A DNA stretch of 63,402 nt, counting the filler, from Octopus bimaculoides (taxonomy: Eukaryota): the NCBI RefSeq assembly GCF_001194135.2. It is 6 parts of 5 records of this genome, joined end to end, with 100 filler letters (N's around TTAATTAATTAA, not from the genome) between each part and the next. Parts side by side here need not be neighbours in the genome. Positions count along the whole stretch, not along the records: positions 26,542 to 40,013 come from NC_069004.1; positions 40,114 to 50,581 come from NC_068996.1; positions 50,682 to 58,145 come from NC_068996.1; 3 more parts are not named here. One strand, 5' to 3'. Positions 39,480-52,901 of the stretch are shown one piece after another. The notes beneath the pieces are model-generated. The model searched no databases. It was not told the DNA's origin and saw only the letters and a list, made by a program, of their open reading frames with translations. Each line of letters starts with the position of its first letter. Within the stretch, counting starts at the first letter, position 1. A program made the position numbers and the translations under genes.

Positions 39480-39700
39480 GGTGTTTTTCTTTTTTGTTGT
39501 CCTGCTCCAGGCAGTTCTGGCCACCACACCATACCTCACGGAAGAACAATATCTGGAAGACATTTTCTTGCCATTGGCAACAATCTGGTTGATGTCTTCA
39601 GTCTTGCCTTTGCAGAGCCGACATTCGTTGCCTGTCAACGTTTTCTGCCTCTTAGGCTGTAGGGACTTGGTGGGAATCTCTTGTTCTCTGGGTTTGTGTG
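39480..39700 (-). pseudogene. R4/Dong-like CCHC zinc-finger region fragment
   Basis: QEIPTKSL...NECRLCKGKTEDINQIVANGKKMSSRYCSSVRYGVVA resembles degraded CRLC...E...HI..GC......Y..RH..V. Confidence 0.65.
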
Positions 39701-39970
39701 CGTGCATACGTGTGTGTGTGTGTATATGAACATGTGTATGCATGTTAATATAGGACAATATAGACTTAACCAGTGAGTTCTTTTTTTTTTTAACTCATAA
39801 CAAAGTTAAGTGTAAACCAAACACAGAACGCTGTAGCACAGACACACACACACACCCACACCCACACACAACCCCTACATGCGCATACATTCACACACAT
39901 ATATACTTAACCCATATTGAAAGCTGACCTTAACTTTAAACACACGTGTTTATAACCAAACCAAACCAAA

Positions 39971-40013
<43 letters not shown>

Positions 40014-40776
40014 NNNNNNNNNNNNNNNNNNNNNNNNNNNNNNNNNNNNNNNNNNNNTTAATTAATTAANNNNNNNNNNNNNNNNNNNNNNNNNNNNNNN
40101 NNNNNNNNNNNNNATATATATATATATATATATATATATACTTCAAAAAACAATAACAAAAAAACAACAAAGTGAGGACGTGTATATATATACACACGCA
40201 CACACACATATATATACACACGCACACATACACACACGCACGCACACTTACCTCCCACACACGCACACACACTGTTCGAGCTTTCATGTTAGCAAATATC
40301 ATCAATTACTCAAATGGAATGTAGATCACAAACGACCTTCCGGCATTATTGTTAATGAGTGAAGAAAGAAAGAGAGAGAGAGTTGCGATGAATAACCATC
40401 CTTATCAAATGAATATGGTGTTTAATACAGACGTTCATACGTACACACACACATATACACACTCGCATACATACACTTACATAGCGCTTATCGTACAAAC
40501 AAAACCATAAAAATATCGATTAGTATTATTAAAATCCTTTAATCATATACATTTCGTATGTCAGTTATTTTTTCTTTATACAAGTTGCCACGTACCTGAT
40601 AATAAGACAGTACATATATACATATTAATGGTTTTGTAATTACAATTTCATAATTTGCCGTGTCATATCTGTGTTTTTCACTAGAAATTCGGCTTCTCAG
40701 CACTGATCCTGAAGTAATTAGTTATATAACCAAGTGTCTTAATAATTACACACACAAACACATATACACACACAGA

Positions 40777-40855
<79 letters not shown>

Positions 40856-41184
40856 TATATATATAATATCGGCATTTGATCTCTGTAACATAATGCAATT
40901 GTTTTCTACATGATCTGTTATGGTAGAGCATCAAAGTGCGCATGGAACATGCTATGCAGAGGTTGCAAATAATCACAACAGTAAGGAATAAATGATATCA
41001 ACTTACGTCTATCATAATTTCTCCGAATATATAATATAATATAATATAATATAATATAATATAATATAAATATAATATAAAGTGTAGTAGTTGATGATTT
41101 CTCATTTATGCCTGCGTAGTTTGCATTTACTCTCGAGATTTTTCTTTTTAACTGTTTTGTTACCTTCTGTTAAAATACATTGCT

Positions 41185-41480
41185 TTATTTCAATCAATTT
41201 TGAAAATAATTAAGTAGTTAATAAAATAAATGTCTCATTATTAAGTTAATGTTTGGAAAATAAATTAACATGAAATTTGATGGAAGGTTTCAATTCAGAC
41301 ACATTTAACCTTTTTGTTGTCATATTTCTTTTGAAATATACCGTTTTTATTTCAGTACAATTTGAAGATAATGGAAAAGGTAATACAATAACTTTTTCAT
41401 TATAAAGTTAGTAAGAGTATTTGAAACATAAATTGACATGAACTATTGAGGGAAGGTTTTCAGTTTAGATCACTTCAAAA
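41185..41480 (+). repeat. two diverged ~162-bp tandem units
   Basis: ttatttca...tttgaa(a/g)ataat...cataaatt(a/g)acatgaa...ggaaggttt..a.tt.aga starts at 41185 and 41347. Confidence 0.6.
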
Positions 41481-41625
41481 TTTGTATGATAGAAACATGG
41501 GCGGTCACAGGTAACGTGGTATTCAAAATGTCCACTGATTTGTATACTTAAAGACATATATACATGATATACATATGCATGATGCACACGCGCGCGCGCA
41601 CATAGCACATACAGATAGACAGACT

Positions 41626-41663
<38 letters not shown>

Positions 41664-41976
41664 ATTATACAGATAGAAATATGATTAAGGGCCGCTGATA
41701 TGATCATTAATTGATTTTATCTTTAATCATATATATATATTTATTCATTCATTCCTATCATGGTATTTACTGCGGTATTAACTTGATCAAATACGCACGT
41801 GATTGAGATGAATAATCGGGTTTGCCTCGTATATACGTGTGAATACTTGTATGCATGCATGCATGTATGTATGTATGTATGTATGTATGTATGTATGTAT
41901 GTATGTATGTATTAGTATATATACGCATGTATTTGTATGGGTATTGCATATATTTACATTTATGTACTTTTTGTAT

Positions 41977-42036
41977 ATTCTACTGATGATGGTAAAATAA
42001 TTGAAATACTAAACCAGAAATTGGACGATCTAGAAT
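41977..42036 (+). ncRNA. candidate type I hammerhead ribozyme
   Basis: ATTCTA-CTGATGA-TGGT-(19 nt)-ACCA-GAAA-TTGGACG-ATC-TAGAAT: both core boxes, three helices and an AUC cleavage triplet. Confidence 0.6.
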
Positions 42037-43938
42037 TAATCTGAAAAAAATAATTTCGCTAAATCTCTTTTATTCATTTCCTCGCTTTCAGCCTTGTGCT
42101 AATGGAGTGTAATTCTAAGTGGTTTTTAGAGTCGTTTGACGTCTATCTCTAGCATGTCGGTACTGTTTCTCAGTACCCTTAATTATAATTACATCGATAT
42201 AAATCTTTACCTATGTTTTTATTACGTATTAACTACTGATAAGATAATAAATTAATTTTATCCTTAATTATGTATGCATATATATATNNNNNNNNNNNNN
42301 NNNNNNNNNNNNNNNNNNNNNNNNNNNNNNNNNNNNNNNNNNNNNNNNNNNNNNNNNNNNNNNNNNNNNNNNNNNNNNNNNNNNNNNNNNNNNNNNNNNN
42401 NNNNNNNNNNNNNNNNNNNNNNNNNNNNNNNNNNNNNNNNNNNNNNNNNNNNNNNNNNNNNNNNNNNNNNNNNNNNNNNNNNNNNNNNNNNNNNNNNNNN
42501 NNNNNNNNNNNNNNNNNNNNNNNNNNNNNNNNNNNNNNNNNNNNNNNNNNNNNNNNNNNNNNNNNNNNNNNNNNNNNNNNNNNNNNNNNNNNNNNNNNNN
42601 NNNNNNNNNNNNNNNNNNNNNNNNNNNNNNNNNNNNNNNNNNNNNNNNNNNNNNNNNNNNNNNNNNNNNNNNNNNNNNNNNNNNNNNNNNNNNNNNNNNN
42701 NNNNNNNNNNNNNNNNNNNNNNNNNNNNNNNNNNNNNNNNNNNNNNNNNNNNNNNNNNNNNNNNNNNNNNNNNNNNNNNNNNNNNNNNNNNNNNNNNNNN
42801 NNNNNNNNNNNNNNNNNNNNNNNNNNNNNNNNNNNNNNNNNNNNNNNNNNNNNNNNNNNNNNNNNNNNNNNNNNNNNNNNNNNNNNNNNNNNNNNNNNNN
42901 NNNNNNTATATATATACATACATCTACATGTTTGTATGCATGTACGTGTATATACATACATACATACATACATACATACATACGTACTTGTTCGTACGAA
43001 TATGTATCTGAATATGTATGCGTGCGAGTAAGTCTGTGTATCCATAAATGCGCGCGCGCGCTTCGTTTGTGGTTGTGACTTATTCTTAATCTCTCTTCTT
43101 CAGACCTCTGTATTTGGGTTATTCATTCCACTGCACACGAATCGTCTCGTTGAATGCATTCTTTCATTTTATAAAGCATCAAATACGACCGACCCGACCA
43201 ACTACATTCCCACCCACCTACAGGCCTACGCACCAACCTACCTCGCCTATAAAACCCATTTGTCTTCTAAGCCTATCAACATACCTATCTTTCTTACCTG
43301 CATACCTTACTTTCTAATTTTCCAACCTATCCCACCTTGAAAAAAATTTATTTTCTGTTTTTTATCTTTCTGTCAATTACTGACTAAACTGACGACAATT
43401 AATTCTTCACATAGCCAAAATTCCATCATATGAGGAAGGGTTCCCATTCTAGAGTTCCTTAAGCCCGCCGTTGCACTCATGAGTAACACACACACACATG
43501 CACGCACGCACGCACCCCTACGCACACACATACATGCATACGTACATACATACATTACATTACATACATACACACACACACATTACATACATTCATACAT
43601 TCATATATACATGCATTACATTACATTACAAACATACATACATTACATACGTACATACATACATACATACATTACATACATACATATATACATGCATACA
43701 TACATAATTTTATTCTTTTACTTGTTTCAGTCATTTGACTGCGGCCATGCTGGAGCACTGCCTTGAAGGTTTTTAGTCGAAGAAATCGACCCCAGGACTT
43801 ATTGTTTGTAAGCCTAGTACTTTTTTATAGGTCTCTTTTGCTGAACAGCTAAGTTACGGGGACGTAAACACACCAACACTGGTTGTCAAACGGTGACGGG
43901 GCAGGGGAACACAGACAAAAATACATACACATACATAC

Positions 43939-44025
<87 letters not shown>

Positions 44026-44419
44026 CACACAAATATAAGTATATCATACGATGGGCTGCTTTCAATTACCGCCTCCTAAATTCACTCACAAGGCTTTGGT
44101 TGGTCCAAGGCTATATACATACATGATTGGGACATTCCGGAACTGTCTGCTCATGAAATTCACGTGCAACTGGTTGAGCACTCTACAAACACGAGTCTTT
44201 TAACATAGTTCTCAAGGAGAGTTAGCATGGCACACTGGATGTGACAAGGCTGACTCATTAGATGAAAGATACAACTCATTTTTGCCTGCTAAGTGAACTC
44301 AAGCGAAGTAAAAAAATAAAGTGTCTTGCTCAAGAACACAACGCACCGCTAGGAATCGAACTCACGACCTTACTATCGTTAGCCGAATACCTCAGGCGCT
44401 ATGCCACGTCCACGTACTT

Positions 44420-44740
44420 TCACAATACATGATGGCCGTCCACTCGTGACCGAGGAAGACCATTGCCGACCTTCAGGAACATTCTGCGTTCTAGGACTAA
44501 CTTACATTTTGCATTTGCGGCTCCGTTGGTGGCTAATGAGTCCTGCTCTTGATAAGCATACCCGACTGCAAACATCGCAGACCAAGCTTTCCCCATTCAC
44601 TATATGAGCCGTGCGCTTTCGCGCAGCTCGCTTAAGTTCTTCATGCTGGATACGCGCTCTCTCAAAAGTGTTGATCCCCTCCTTAACCTGCTTCCTCCAT
44701 CTGTGGCGATGACAGGCATTATTCTCCCAGTCATTATTCA
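44420..44740 (-). mobile_element. RTE/BovB-like LINE 3' end with C-terminal C2H2 finger
   Basis: WENNACHRHRWRKQVKEG...LVCDVCSRVCLSRAGLISHQRSRKCKM*, followed by a short 3'UTR. Confidence 0.85.
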
Positions 44741-44970
44741 CAATACACACACACATACATACATACATACATACATACATACATACATACATACATACAT
44801 ACATTCTCTATGGACCCTAAAAGAAATAAATGAAGTTAAAAAGAAAGGACAGTAGGCAGAAACGGAGAACGAAATACGAGATGAGAGAGAGGGTGACAGA
44901 AAGAAAGATGACTTCATAAATTTTCTTCCACTTGTCAAGTTATGTCCTCTCTATCTGCCGCGTTCTCTCC

Positions 44971-45058
<88 letters not shown>

Positions 45059-45149
45059 CTACCTAGCTAGTTATCTGTCTATCTATATTTTGACAATAAG
45101 TATCTGTAATTGCTACCTGTATATCTCTTCCACCCAAACCCTCGAGATT

Positions 45150-46480
45150 CACCTGCCATAGTTTGTTCCTAACATTGAAGTAAATATTGTCCTCACTAGC
45201 CTTAATATATGAAGGACTGAATCCATAGTTCTTACTAAAAACAAGAAGGTAATATTAAGACAATATATCGACACTTGCAAATGGAAATGGGATGCCGTCC
45301 AAGACACAATACAGAAACCTACACCTGGCAACGACAGGGCTACAGTAATTTAGATCAGGCCACCAGAAATCTTAAGATTAAGAAGAAAGCTCATTAATAT
45401 GGTTTTCAATATAGGCACAAAGCCTGAAATTTAGGTGAGAATGGAGGCCAGTCGGCTGGATCTAAATTCAGAATGTAGTGAACCGAAAGAAATGCTACTC
45501 AGCATTTTACCCGACGCGCTAACAATGCTGATAAGCTCGTAACAGCAACCTATACGTTGAATTTGTAAACCATACATTAGTTAAGAAATATGCCTGTCAA
45601 TCCACGGGTATAACTAGAGTGATATTGATATAACCAGAGATACACAACCACTTTTTCATAAAGGCGTGGACAGATTACCTTACGAAGAAAGTCATAACAC
45701 TTTCCAGATGACAGTAATACCAATGTCTCTAAGTATTGTTAGAGTATTCGCACATACTATTCGTTAACACTGAACAATTAACATTTTTATATAGTTTTCT
45801 AATTATTGAGGTGTGCAGAATAAGGCGCTTCGAAAAAACATGAACCACGCCCAGCAAACAAGGTGTTTGAATCAAATATAAAAATATTTTTTTACAAAAG
45901 ACACATCAACAACAGCGAAAATAATATATGACACAAGTTGAAAGATCAACATCAACGAATCTTTAAAGTGGGTGACGAGATACGGAAAATAAATAAATAA
46001 TACTCAGAACAAAAGATTAGAAAGGAAATTAATTTTTAAAATATCATAGGCAGGTAAAGTTCCGTCCCGAGTCATAAGGGCCGGTTTCCCGGTTTTCATG
46101 GCGTATAGATTTCCCACGTGGACGAGACGCCGATCTTTTGCACGATTACTCATTTTGGCAAGCTGAGCGAACTGAAGCAACGTGAAATGTTCTGCTCAAG
46201 AACACAACGTGTCTCCTGATCCAGGAATCGAAACCACAATATTACGATCATGAATCCAACAGCACTGACCACTAAGCCACGCGCCTCCACTTAAAGATGT
46301 CATAGCTCCACAAATTCAACTTACCAACAGCTAGCAAAAAAATTCAGCAACACATTAACAGCTGCAAATGACCGGAAAACTGCTAGAACTGATAAAGTCC
46401 CTGATTTCCGCCTCAAAGGTCTAATTAGTACTCATAATAAATATGTGGCAACAGCATTCAATGAATTAATAAGCTGAAAA
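45150..46480 (+). pseudogene. degraded R4/Dong-like ORF (pre-RT region) interrupted by two SINEs
   Basis: RRFEK...ANKVFESNIKIFF (~45825-45895) and KTARTDKVPDFRLKGLISTHNKYVATAFNELI (46376-46471) resemble the R4-clade WKAPG.D...NFWLK.L.S.H..LA..FN motif. Confidence 0.5.
46052..46291 (-). mobile_element. SINE, head C-like + tail Y
   Basis: Minus strand ...ttcttgagcagaacatttcacgttgc... then tacgccatgaaaaccgggaaaccggccc, as in 57396-57711. Confidence 0.8.
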
Positions 46481-46514
46481 ATTATAATACGACACCAGAA
46501 TGTTTACTAGAGCA

Positions 46515-48025
46515 TACATACATACATAATACATACATACATATACATGCATACATACATACAGCATACATACATATACATGCATACATACATACATACA
46601 TACACACACATACATACATGCATGCATGCATACATGCATACATGCATGCATGCATACATACATACATACATACAAACATACATGCATGCATACATACATA
46701 CATACATACATACATGCATATGCATGCATACATACATACAGCATACATACATATACATGCATACATACATACATATATACATGCATACATACATACATAC
46801 ATACATACATACATACATACATACATACNNNNNNNNNNNNNNNNNNNNNNNNNNNNNNNNNNNNNNNNNNNNNNNNNNNNNNNNNNNNNNNNNNNNNNNN
46901 NNNNNNNNNNNNNNNNNNNNNNNNNNNNNNNNNNNNNNNNNNNNNNNNNNNNNNNNNNNNNNNNNNNNNNNNNNNNNNNNNNNNNNNNNNNNNNNNNNNN
47001 NNNNNNNNNNNNNNNNNNNNNNNNNNNNNNNNNNNNNNNNNNNNNNNNNNNNNNNNNNNNNNNNNNNNNNNNNNNNNNNNNNNNNNNNNNNNNNNNNNNN
47101 NNNNNNNNNNNNNNNNNNNNNNNNNNNNNNNNNNNNNNNNNNNNNNNNNNNNNNNNNNNNNNNNNNNNNNNNNNNNNNNNNNNNNNNNNNNNNNNNNNNN
47201 NNNNNNNNNNNNNNNNNNNNNNNNNNNNNNNNNNNNNNNNNNNNNNNNNNNNNNNNNNNNNNNNNNNNNNNNNNNNNNNNNNNNNNNNNNNNNNNNNNNN
47301 NNNNNNNNNNNNNNNNNNNNNNNNNNNNNNNNNNNNNNNNNNNNNNNNNNNNNNNNNNNNNNNNNNNNNNNNNNNNNNNNNNNNNNNNNNNNNNNNNNNN
47401 NNNNNNNNNNNNNNNNNNNNNNNNNNNNNNNNNNNNNNNNNNNNNNNNNNNNNNNNNNNNNNNNNNNNNNNNNNNNNNNNNNNNNNNNNNNNNNNNNNNN
47501 NNNNNNNNNNNNNNNNNNNNNNNNNNNNNNNNNNNNNNNNNNNNNNNNNNNNNNNNNNNNNNNNNNNNNNNNNNNNNNNNNNNNNNNNNNNNNNNNNNNN
47601 NNNNNNNNNNNNNNNNNNNNNNNNNNNNNNNNNNNNNNNNNNNNNNNNNNNNNNNNNNNNNNNNNNNNNNNNNNNNNNNNNNNNNNNNNNNNNNNNNNNN
47701 NNNNGGTTGACATGCTTCCAGTCAATATGTCAATATGTGAGTGTATTTATGTATGTAAGCATATTAGCATGTATGTATAACTATCAGTGCGTGAATGAGG
47801 ATGCATGCATGTATGTATGTATGTATGTATGTATGTATGTATGTATGTATGTATGTATGCATGTATGTATGTATGTATGTATGTATGTATGTATGCATGC
47901 ATGTATGTATGTATGTATGTATGCATGTATGTATGTATGTATGTATGTATGTATGTATGTATGCATGCATGCATGCATGCATGTATGTATGTATGTATGT
48001 ATGTATGTATGCATGTATGTATGTA
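46515..48025. repeat. compound (CATA/CATG)n array and inverted (TATG/CATG)n array either side of a gap
   Basis: 46515-46828 and 47800-48025. Confidence 0.9.
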
Positions 48026-49169
48026 CGTAAGTGATTTGTCGATCATACGCACTCTATCCCTTATTTTTATAGATACATAATTATGAAATGACTAAGCTAT
48101 AGCATTGTTGCTAACATAAATGCCGACACACACACACGTGCACTCGTGTGTGTCTTTTTACTTAATGTAATTTTCTTCACTGCTACCTATATCCCCCTTC
48201 TGATATACGAACAAATATTTAGATAGACACATTACATTCGTTATTTATTAGTTGAAGCAGTGTGTACTAGGTTACACAACCTTATTTTCCCCCATTCACT
48301 CATTATCGGTTCTCTTAGTACCACCATCGCCAACACTATTGTCGCTAAATATCAAGTGAACAGGCTTACCAACACCATCGTGATAGTAGAAGTTTCTACA
48401 CGCGTTCCTAATGGAGTGTGTATACGGAGTGAAAATAACAGTCAACACGAAGATTTCCCATCACGTGAAGTCGTGACCGACAAAAATCCCGTTAATATAT
48501 ATATATATATATAGCAATTTCCTGTATATAGCCGCATTCAATACACTCCTTCAGTCTCCAAATTCAAGTAACCGTCGGCAGTATAATATAATTATATATA
48601 TATNNNNNNNNNNNNNNNNNNNNNNNNNNNNNNNNNNNNNNNNNNNNNNNNNNNNNNNNNNNNNNNNNNNNNNNNNNNNNNNNNNNNNNNNNNNNNNNNN
48701 NNNNNNNNNNNNNNNNNNNNNNNNNNNNNNNNNNNNNNNNNNNNNNNNNNNNNNNNNNNNNNNNNNNNNNNNNNNNNNNNNNNNNNNNNNNNNNNNNNNN
48801 NNNNNNNNNNNNNNNNNNNNNNNNNNNNNNNNNNNNNNNNNNNNNNNNNNNNNNNNNNNNNNNNNNNNNNNNNNNNNNNNNNNNNNNNNNNNNNNNNNNN
48901 NNNNNNNNNNNNNNNNNNNNNNNNNNNNNNNNNNNNNNNNNNNNNNNNNATATATATGTATGTATGTATGTATATATATATAATATCCGAGTGGTAGTTG
49001 TTTGGCAAGTGACTTGATGTGAAACGAATGAAGTTGTACAATGGAAGCGTCATAATGGCAATATAAAAACAAAGATAATGTCGTTAGAATCACCTTTGTT
49101 TTACTTCTTAATGCGTATTGCTTAATGGAAATCCATCACTGTTGGTCACCCGGTGGCATTGATGTAAAA

Positions 49170-49457
49170 CAGTGGCTGCCAAACTTTTCCAGGTTGCCGA
49201 CGACCCCTTCGCACCCAAACCACATTCGTAGCGCCCCCAGTTCAACTCACCATCCCAACATAGACCACTTTCTGCTGCAAATTTAAAACAACACTATTTC
49301 ACAAATAAAACTTAACCTAATTAACCCATTATTTGAAGTTCTTTTTTCATCCATTACTCCTTTTGGGCACCTCATTATCGCCTCAGCTTTCTTAAATGTC
49401 CCTCTGGATCTTTCCAACGCCGCCAAGGGGCAGTACCGCCCACTTATGGAACCACAG
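49170..49457. mobile_element. hAT-type MITE
   Basis: Ends CAGTGGCTGCCAAAC ... TTATGGAACCACAG (degenerate CAGTGGTTCCCAAAC TIR). 8-bp TSD ATGTAAAA/ATGTAAAC. Confidence 0.7.
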
Positions 49458-50091
49458 ATGTAAACTTCCATCTTGGCGCTGTTTAATACACGATTCTGTT
49501 GAGAAATGATGCGAAAGTGAATATAACGTTGTATGTATGTTTTTGCGAGGCTAACATGCCTCTTTTACTATAAATGTGTATGAATGTATGTATGTATGTA
49601 TGTATGTATGTATGTATACACAAATATATACATACGCATCTATCTTGACGTACCCGGTAATTCCCGGGAAAGCGGGGCTTATCCTTTGGTTCCGTTCTCA
49701 TAATTGTTTCGCTAATCCAATAACAACAATACAAATTATGTAGCCCTTAAAACGGTTTTTGCGCATTTACCGAGAATACCGAACTGTCTTACACAAGATC
49801 TTGTTTTTAGGAATTCTCTATCGATATGTTATGAATACCCAAATTGTGAAGTCAGTTATGCAGTAACATGAAATTAGTTACCCGATAGTAAGAATTCAAA
49901 TCAAGTAGCCCCGAAAAGGGCTTTAATGCGTTCCCAGAGTATACAGAACATAGGAGGAAATGCTAATAAGGTATGTATACTTAAAACTGAAGCATGTTAC
50001 GTAATAACAGGCTAATCAGATATGAGATAATAACAATTCAAAGTAAATAACTCTGAAAAGGACTTTTGTGCATTCCCAGAGAATATTATTT

Positions 50092-50379
50092 GAAAACCTG
50101 TTTTATGTCATAAGATGCTCGGGCTGCCACCAAAACTACATAGGGTCCACGGGATTATCGCTCAGACGCAGATGCACTCTGCATCGATAGCAGATTGTAT
50201 TCCCAGAATACAGAATGATGCCCTTTAGTGAACATATTGAGAAATGCGCAAAACAAATGCTACCACAATTTATAATCTTTCCATTCTATCAATGTGCCAT
50301 TGGAACACCAACACAAATTAGATTAAATACGGAAACCTTCTTCATTGAAAAATATAAGCCAAAACTTAACCATTGCTAA
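50092..50379 (+). pseudogene. Penelope-like GIY-YIG endonuclease (degenerate ORF probably extends upstream to ~49770)
   Basis: ENLFYVIRCSGCHQNYIGSTGLSLRRRCTLHR*...RLNTETFFIEKYKPKLNHC*, with the GIY-YIG pattern and terminal PxLN. Confidence 0.85.
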
Positions 50380-50943
50380 CACTTTTAAATAAGGAAACTC
50401 ACCTCACTGAAAAAATATAGAGCAAAACCTAACCGCTTGTAACATTCTATTCCTTCTAAACCAAATCATGTTAAATTAATCAAAATCGATCATCTCCAAC
50501 ATTTTTGAGAACGATTCATATTGAGCTGGCGTGTATGAAGTAAAAGCCTAAAGGCAGGAACATGAGAGATGGACACAAGACNNNNNNNNNNNNNNNNNNN
50601 NNNNNNNNNNNNNNNNNNNNNNNNNTTAATTAATTAANNNNNNNNNNNNNNNNNNNNNNNNNNNNNNNNNNNNNNNNNNNNGGTGGTGGTAGTGGTGGTG
50701 GTAGTGGTGGTGGTGGTAGTGCTGCTTCTGGTGGTGCTGCTGCTGGTGGTGGTGGAGTAGCAGTGGTAGTGTAGATGGTGGTGGTGCTACTGCTGCTGTT
50801 GTTGCTTCAAGCCACCTTTGATTAAGCAGGCTTTTGATCAAACATGTTCTATCCCAGAACATCCTATCTTTCATCTTATTTTTAAAAAAATGAAAATGAC
50901 ATAGTATACCTGAGACTACATTATCCAAAGTACATTCCCCCCC

Positions 50944-50983
<40 letters not shown>

Positions 50984-51173
50984 GTATCTCTATCTCTTTC
51001 AAACAGAGAATGGTAAAGTATGATTTGAAGAATTTCTTGTAATTAAGGTATATTTAGGTTTCATTAAAGGGTAGAAACATAGACACACAGACAATCTGAT
51101 AATATGCATAATAATAATAATAATAATGATGATGATAATAATAATGATGATAATAATAATAATAATAATAATG

Positions 51174-51487
51174 ACAGCGAAATGGGCTGATTACTACCTA
51201 GATCAGATACCAGGAAACCTCAAAATGGCTGAAGTTCAAAAGATAGTGCTCATGGGAACTCCCCGTATCCTACGTAAAATACTGTCTATGTGATCTCAAA
51301 TTTTAAAACAAACACATAATTTTCTTATGGTTTCTTAAACATTCTCTAGAACAACACTATGTACAAATCCAAATATATGGTACCCTAGGCATAACACCTA
51401 CATGAACTTCTAACTTGTTGTCTCTTGAGGTCTCTGGGTGAGACTGGGATCCAACTTGTACAAATGCAAAACAAAAGTCAAACATAA

Positions 51488-51490
<3 letters not shown>
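51174..51490 (+). mobile_element. R4/Dong-like subfamily 2, 3' end within (TAA)n
   Basis: ADYYLDQIPGNLKMAEVQKIVLMGTPRILRKILSM*, then a different 3'UTR; (TAA)n on both flanks. Confidence 0.7.
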
Positions 51491-51520
<30 letters not shown>

Positions 51521-52554
51521 NNNNNNNNNNNNNNNNNNNNNNNNNNNNNNNNNNNNNNNNNNNNNNNNNNNNNNNNNNNNNNNNNNNNNNNNNNNNNNNN
51601 NNNNNNNNNNNNNNNNNNNNNNNNNNNNNNNNNNNNNNNNNNNNNNNNNNNNNNNNNNNNNNNNNNNNNNNNNNNNNNNNNNNNNNNNNNNNNNNNNNNN
51701 NNNNNNNNNNNNNNNNNNNNNNNNNNNNNNNNNNNNNNNNNNNNNNNNNNNNNNNNNNNNNNNNNNNNNNNNNNNNNNNNNNNNNNNNNNNNNNNNNNNN
51801 NNNNNNNNNNNNNNNNNNNNNNNNNNNNNNNNNNNNNNNNNNNNNNNNNNNNNNNNNNNNNNNNNNNNNNNNNNNNNNNNNNNNNNNNNNNNNNNNNNNN
51901 NNNNNNNNNNNNNNNNNNNNNNNNNNNNNNNNNNNNNNNNNNNNNNNNNNNNNNNNNNNNNNNNNNNNNNNNNNNNNNNNNNNNNNNNNNNNNNNNNNNN
52001 NNNNNNNNNNNNNNNNNNNNNNNNNNNNNNNNNNNNNNNNNNNNNNNNNNNNNNNNNNNNNNNNNNNNNNNNNNNNNNNNNNNNNNNNNNNNNNNNNNNN
52101 NNNNNNNNNNNNNNNNNNNNNNNNNNNNNNNNNNNNNNNNNNNNNNNNNNNNNNNNNNNNNNNNNNNNNNNNNNNNNNNNNNNNNNNNNNNNNNNNNNNN
52201 NNNNNNNNNNNNNNNNNNNNNNNNNNNNNNNNNNNNNNNNNNNNNNNNNNNNNNNNNNNNNNNNNNNNNNNNNNNNNNNNNNNNNNNNNNNNNNNNNNNN
52301 NNNNNNNNNNNNNNNNNNNNNNNNNNNNNNNNNNNNNNNNNNNNNNNNNNNNNNNNNNNNNNNNNNNNNNNNNNNNNNNNNNNNNNNNNNNNNNNNNNNN
52401 NNNNNNNNNNNNNNNNNNNNNNNNNNNNNNNNGTTTACCTGTGAATTTGCGTGTGTAAACTGGGATTGCATACAACGAGTTTCTCTGCTCTAGATGTACG
52501 GAAAACACTCGGCGAGAAATGGAAGAAAATTTGAAGAAAGAAGGAAAAAACAAC

Positions 52555-52604
<50 letters not shown>

Positions 52605-52842
52605 TCTTATAACAATAATAATAATAATCCTTTCTACTATAGGCACAATACCTGATATTTCAGGGAGGGGATAAGTCAATTACATCGACCCAGTGTTCAA
52701 CTGGTACTTATTTTATCAACCCCAAAAAGGATGAAAAGCAAAATCAACCTCGGCAGAATTTGAACTCAGATGGATTAAATGCTGCTAAGCATTTCACCCG
52801 GTATGATAACAATTCTGCCAGCTCGCCTCCTTAATAATGATG

Positions 52843-52900
<58 letters not shown>

Positions 52901-52901
<1 letters not shown>

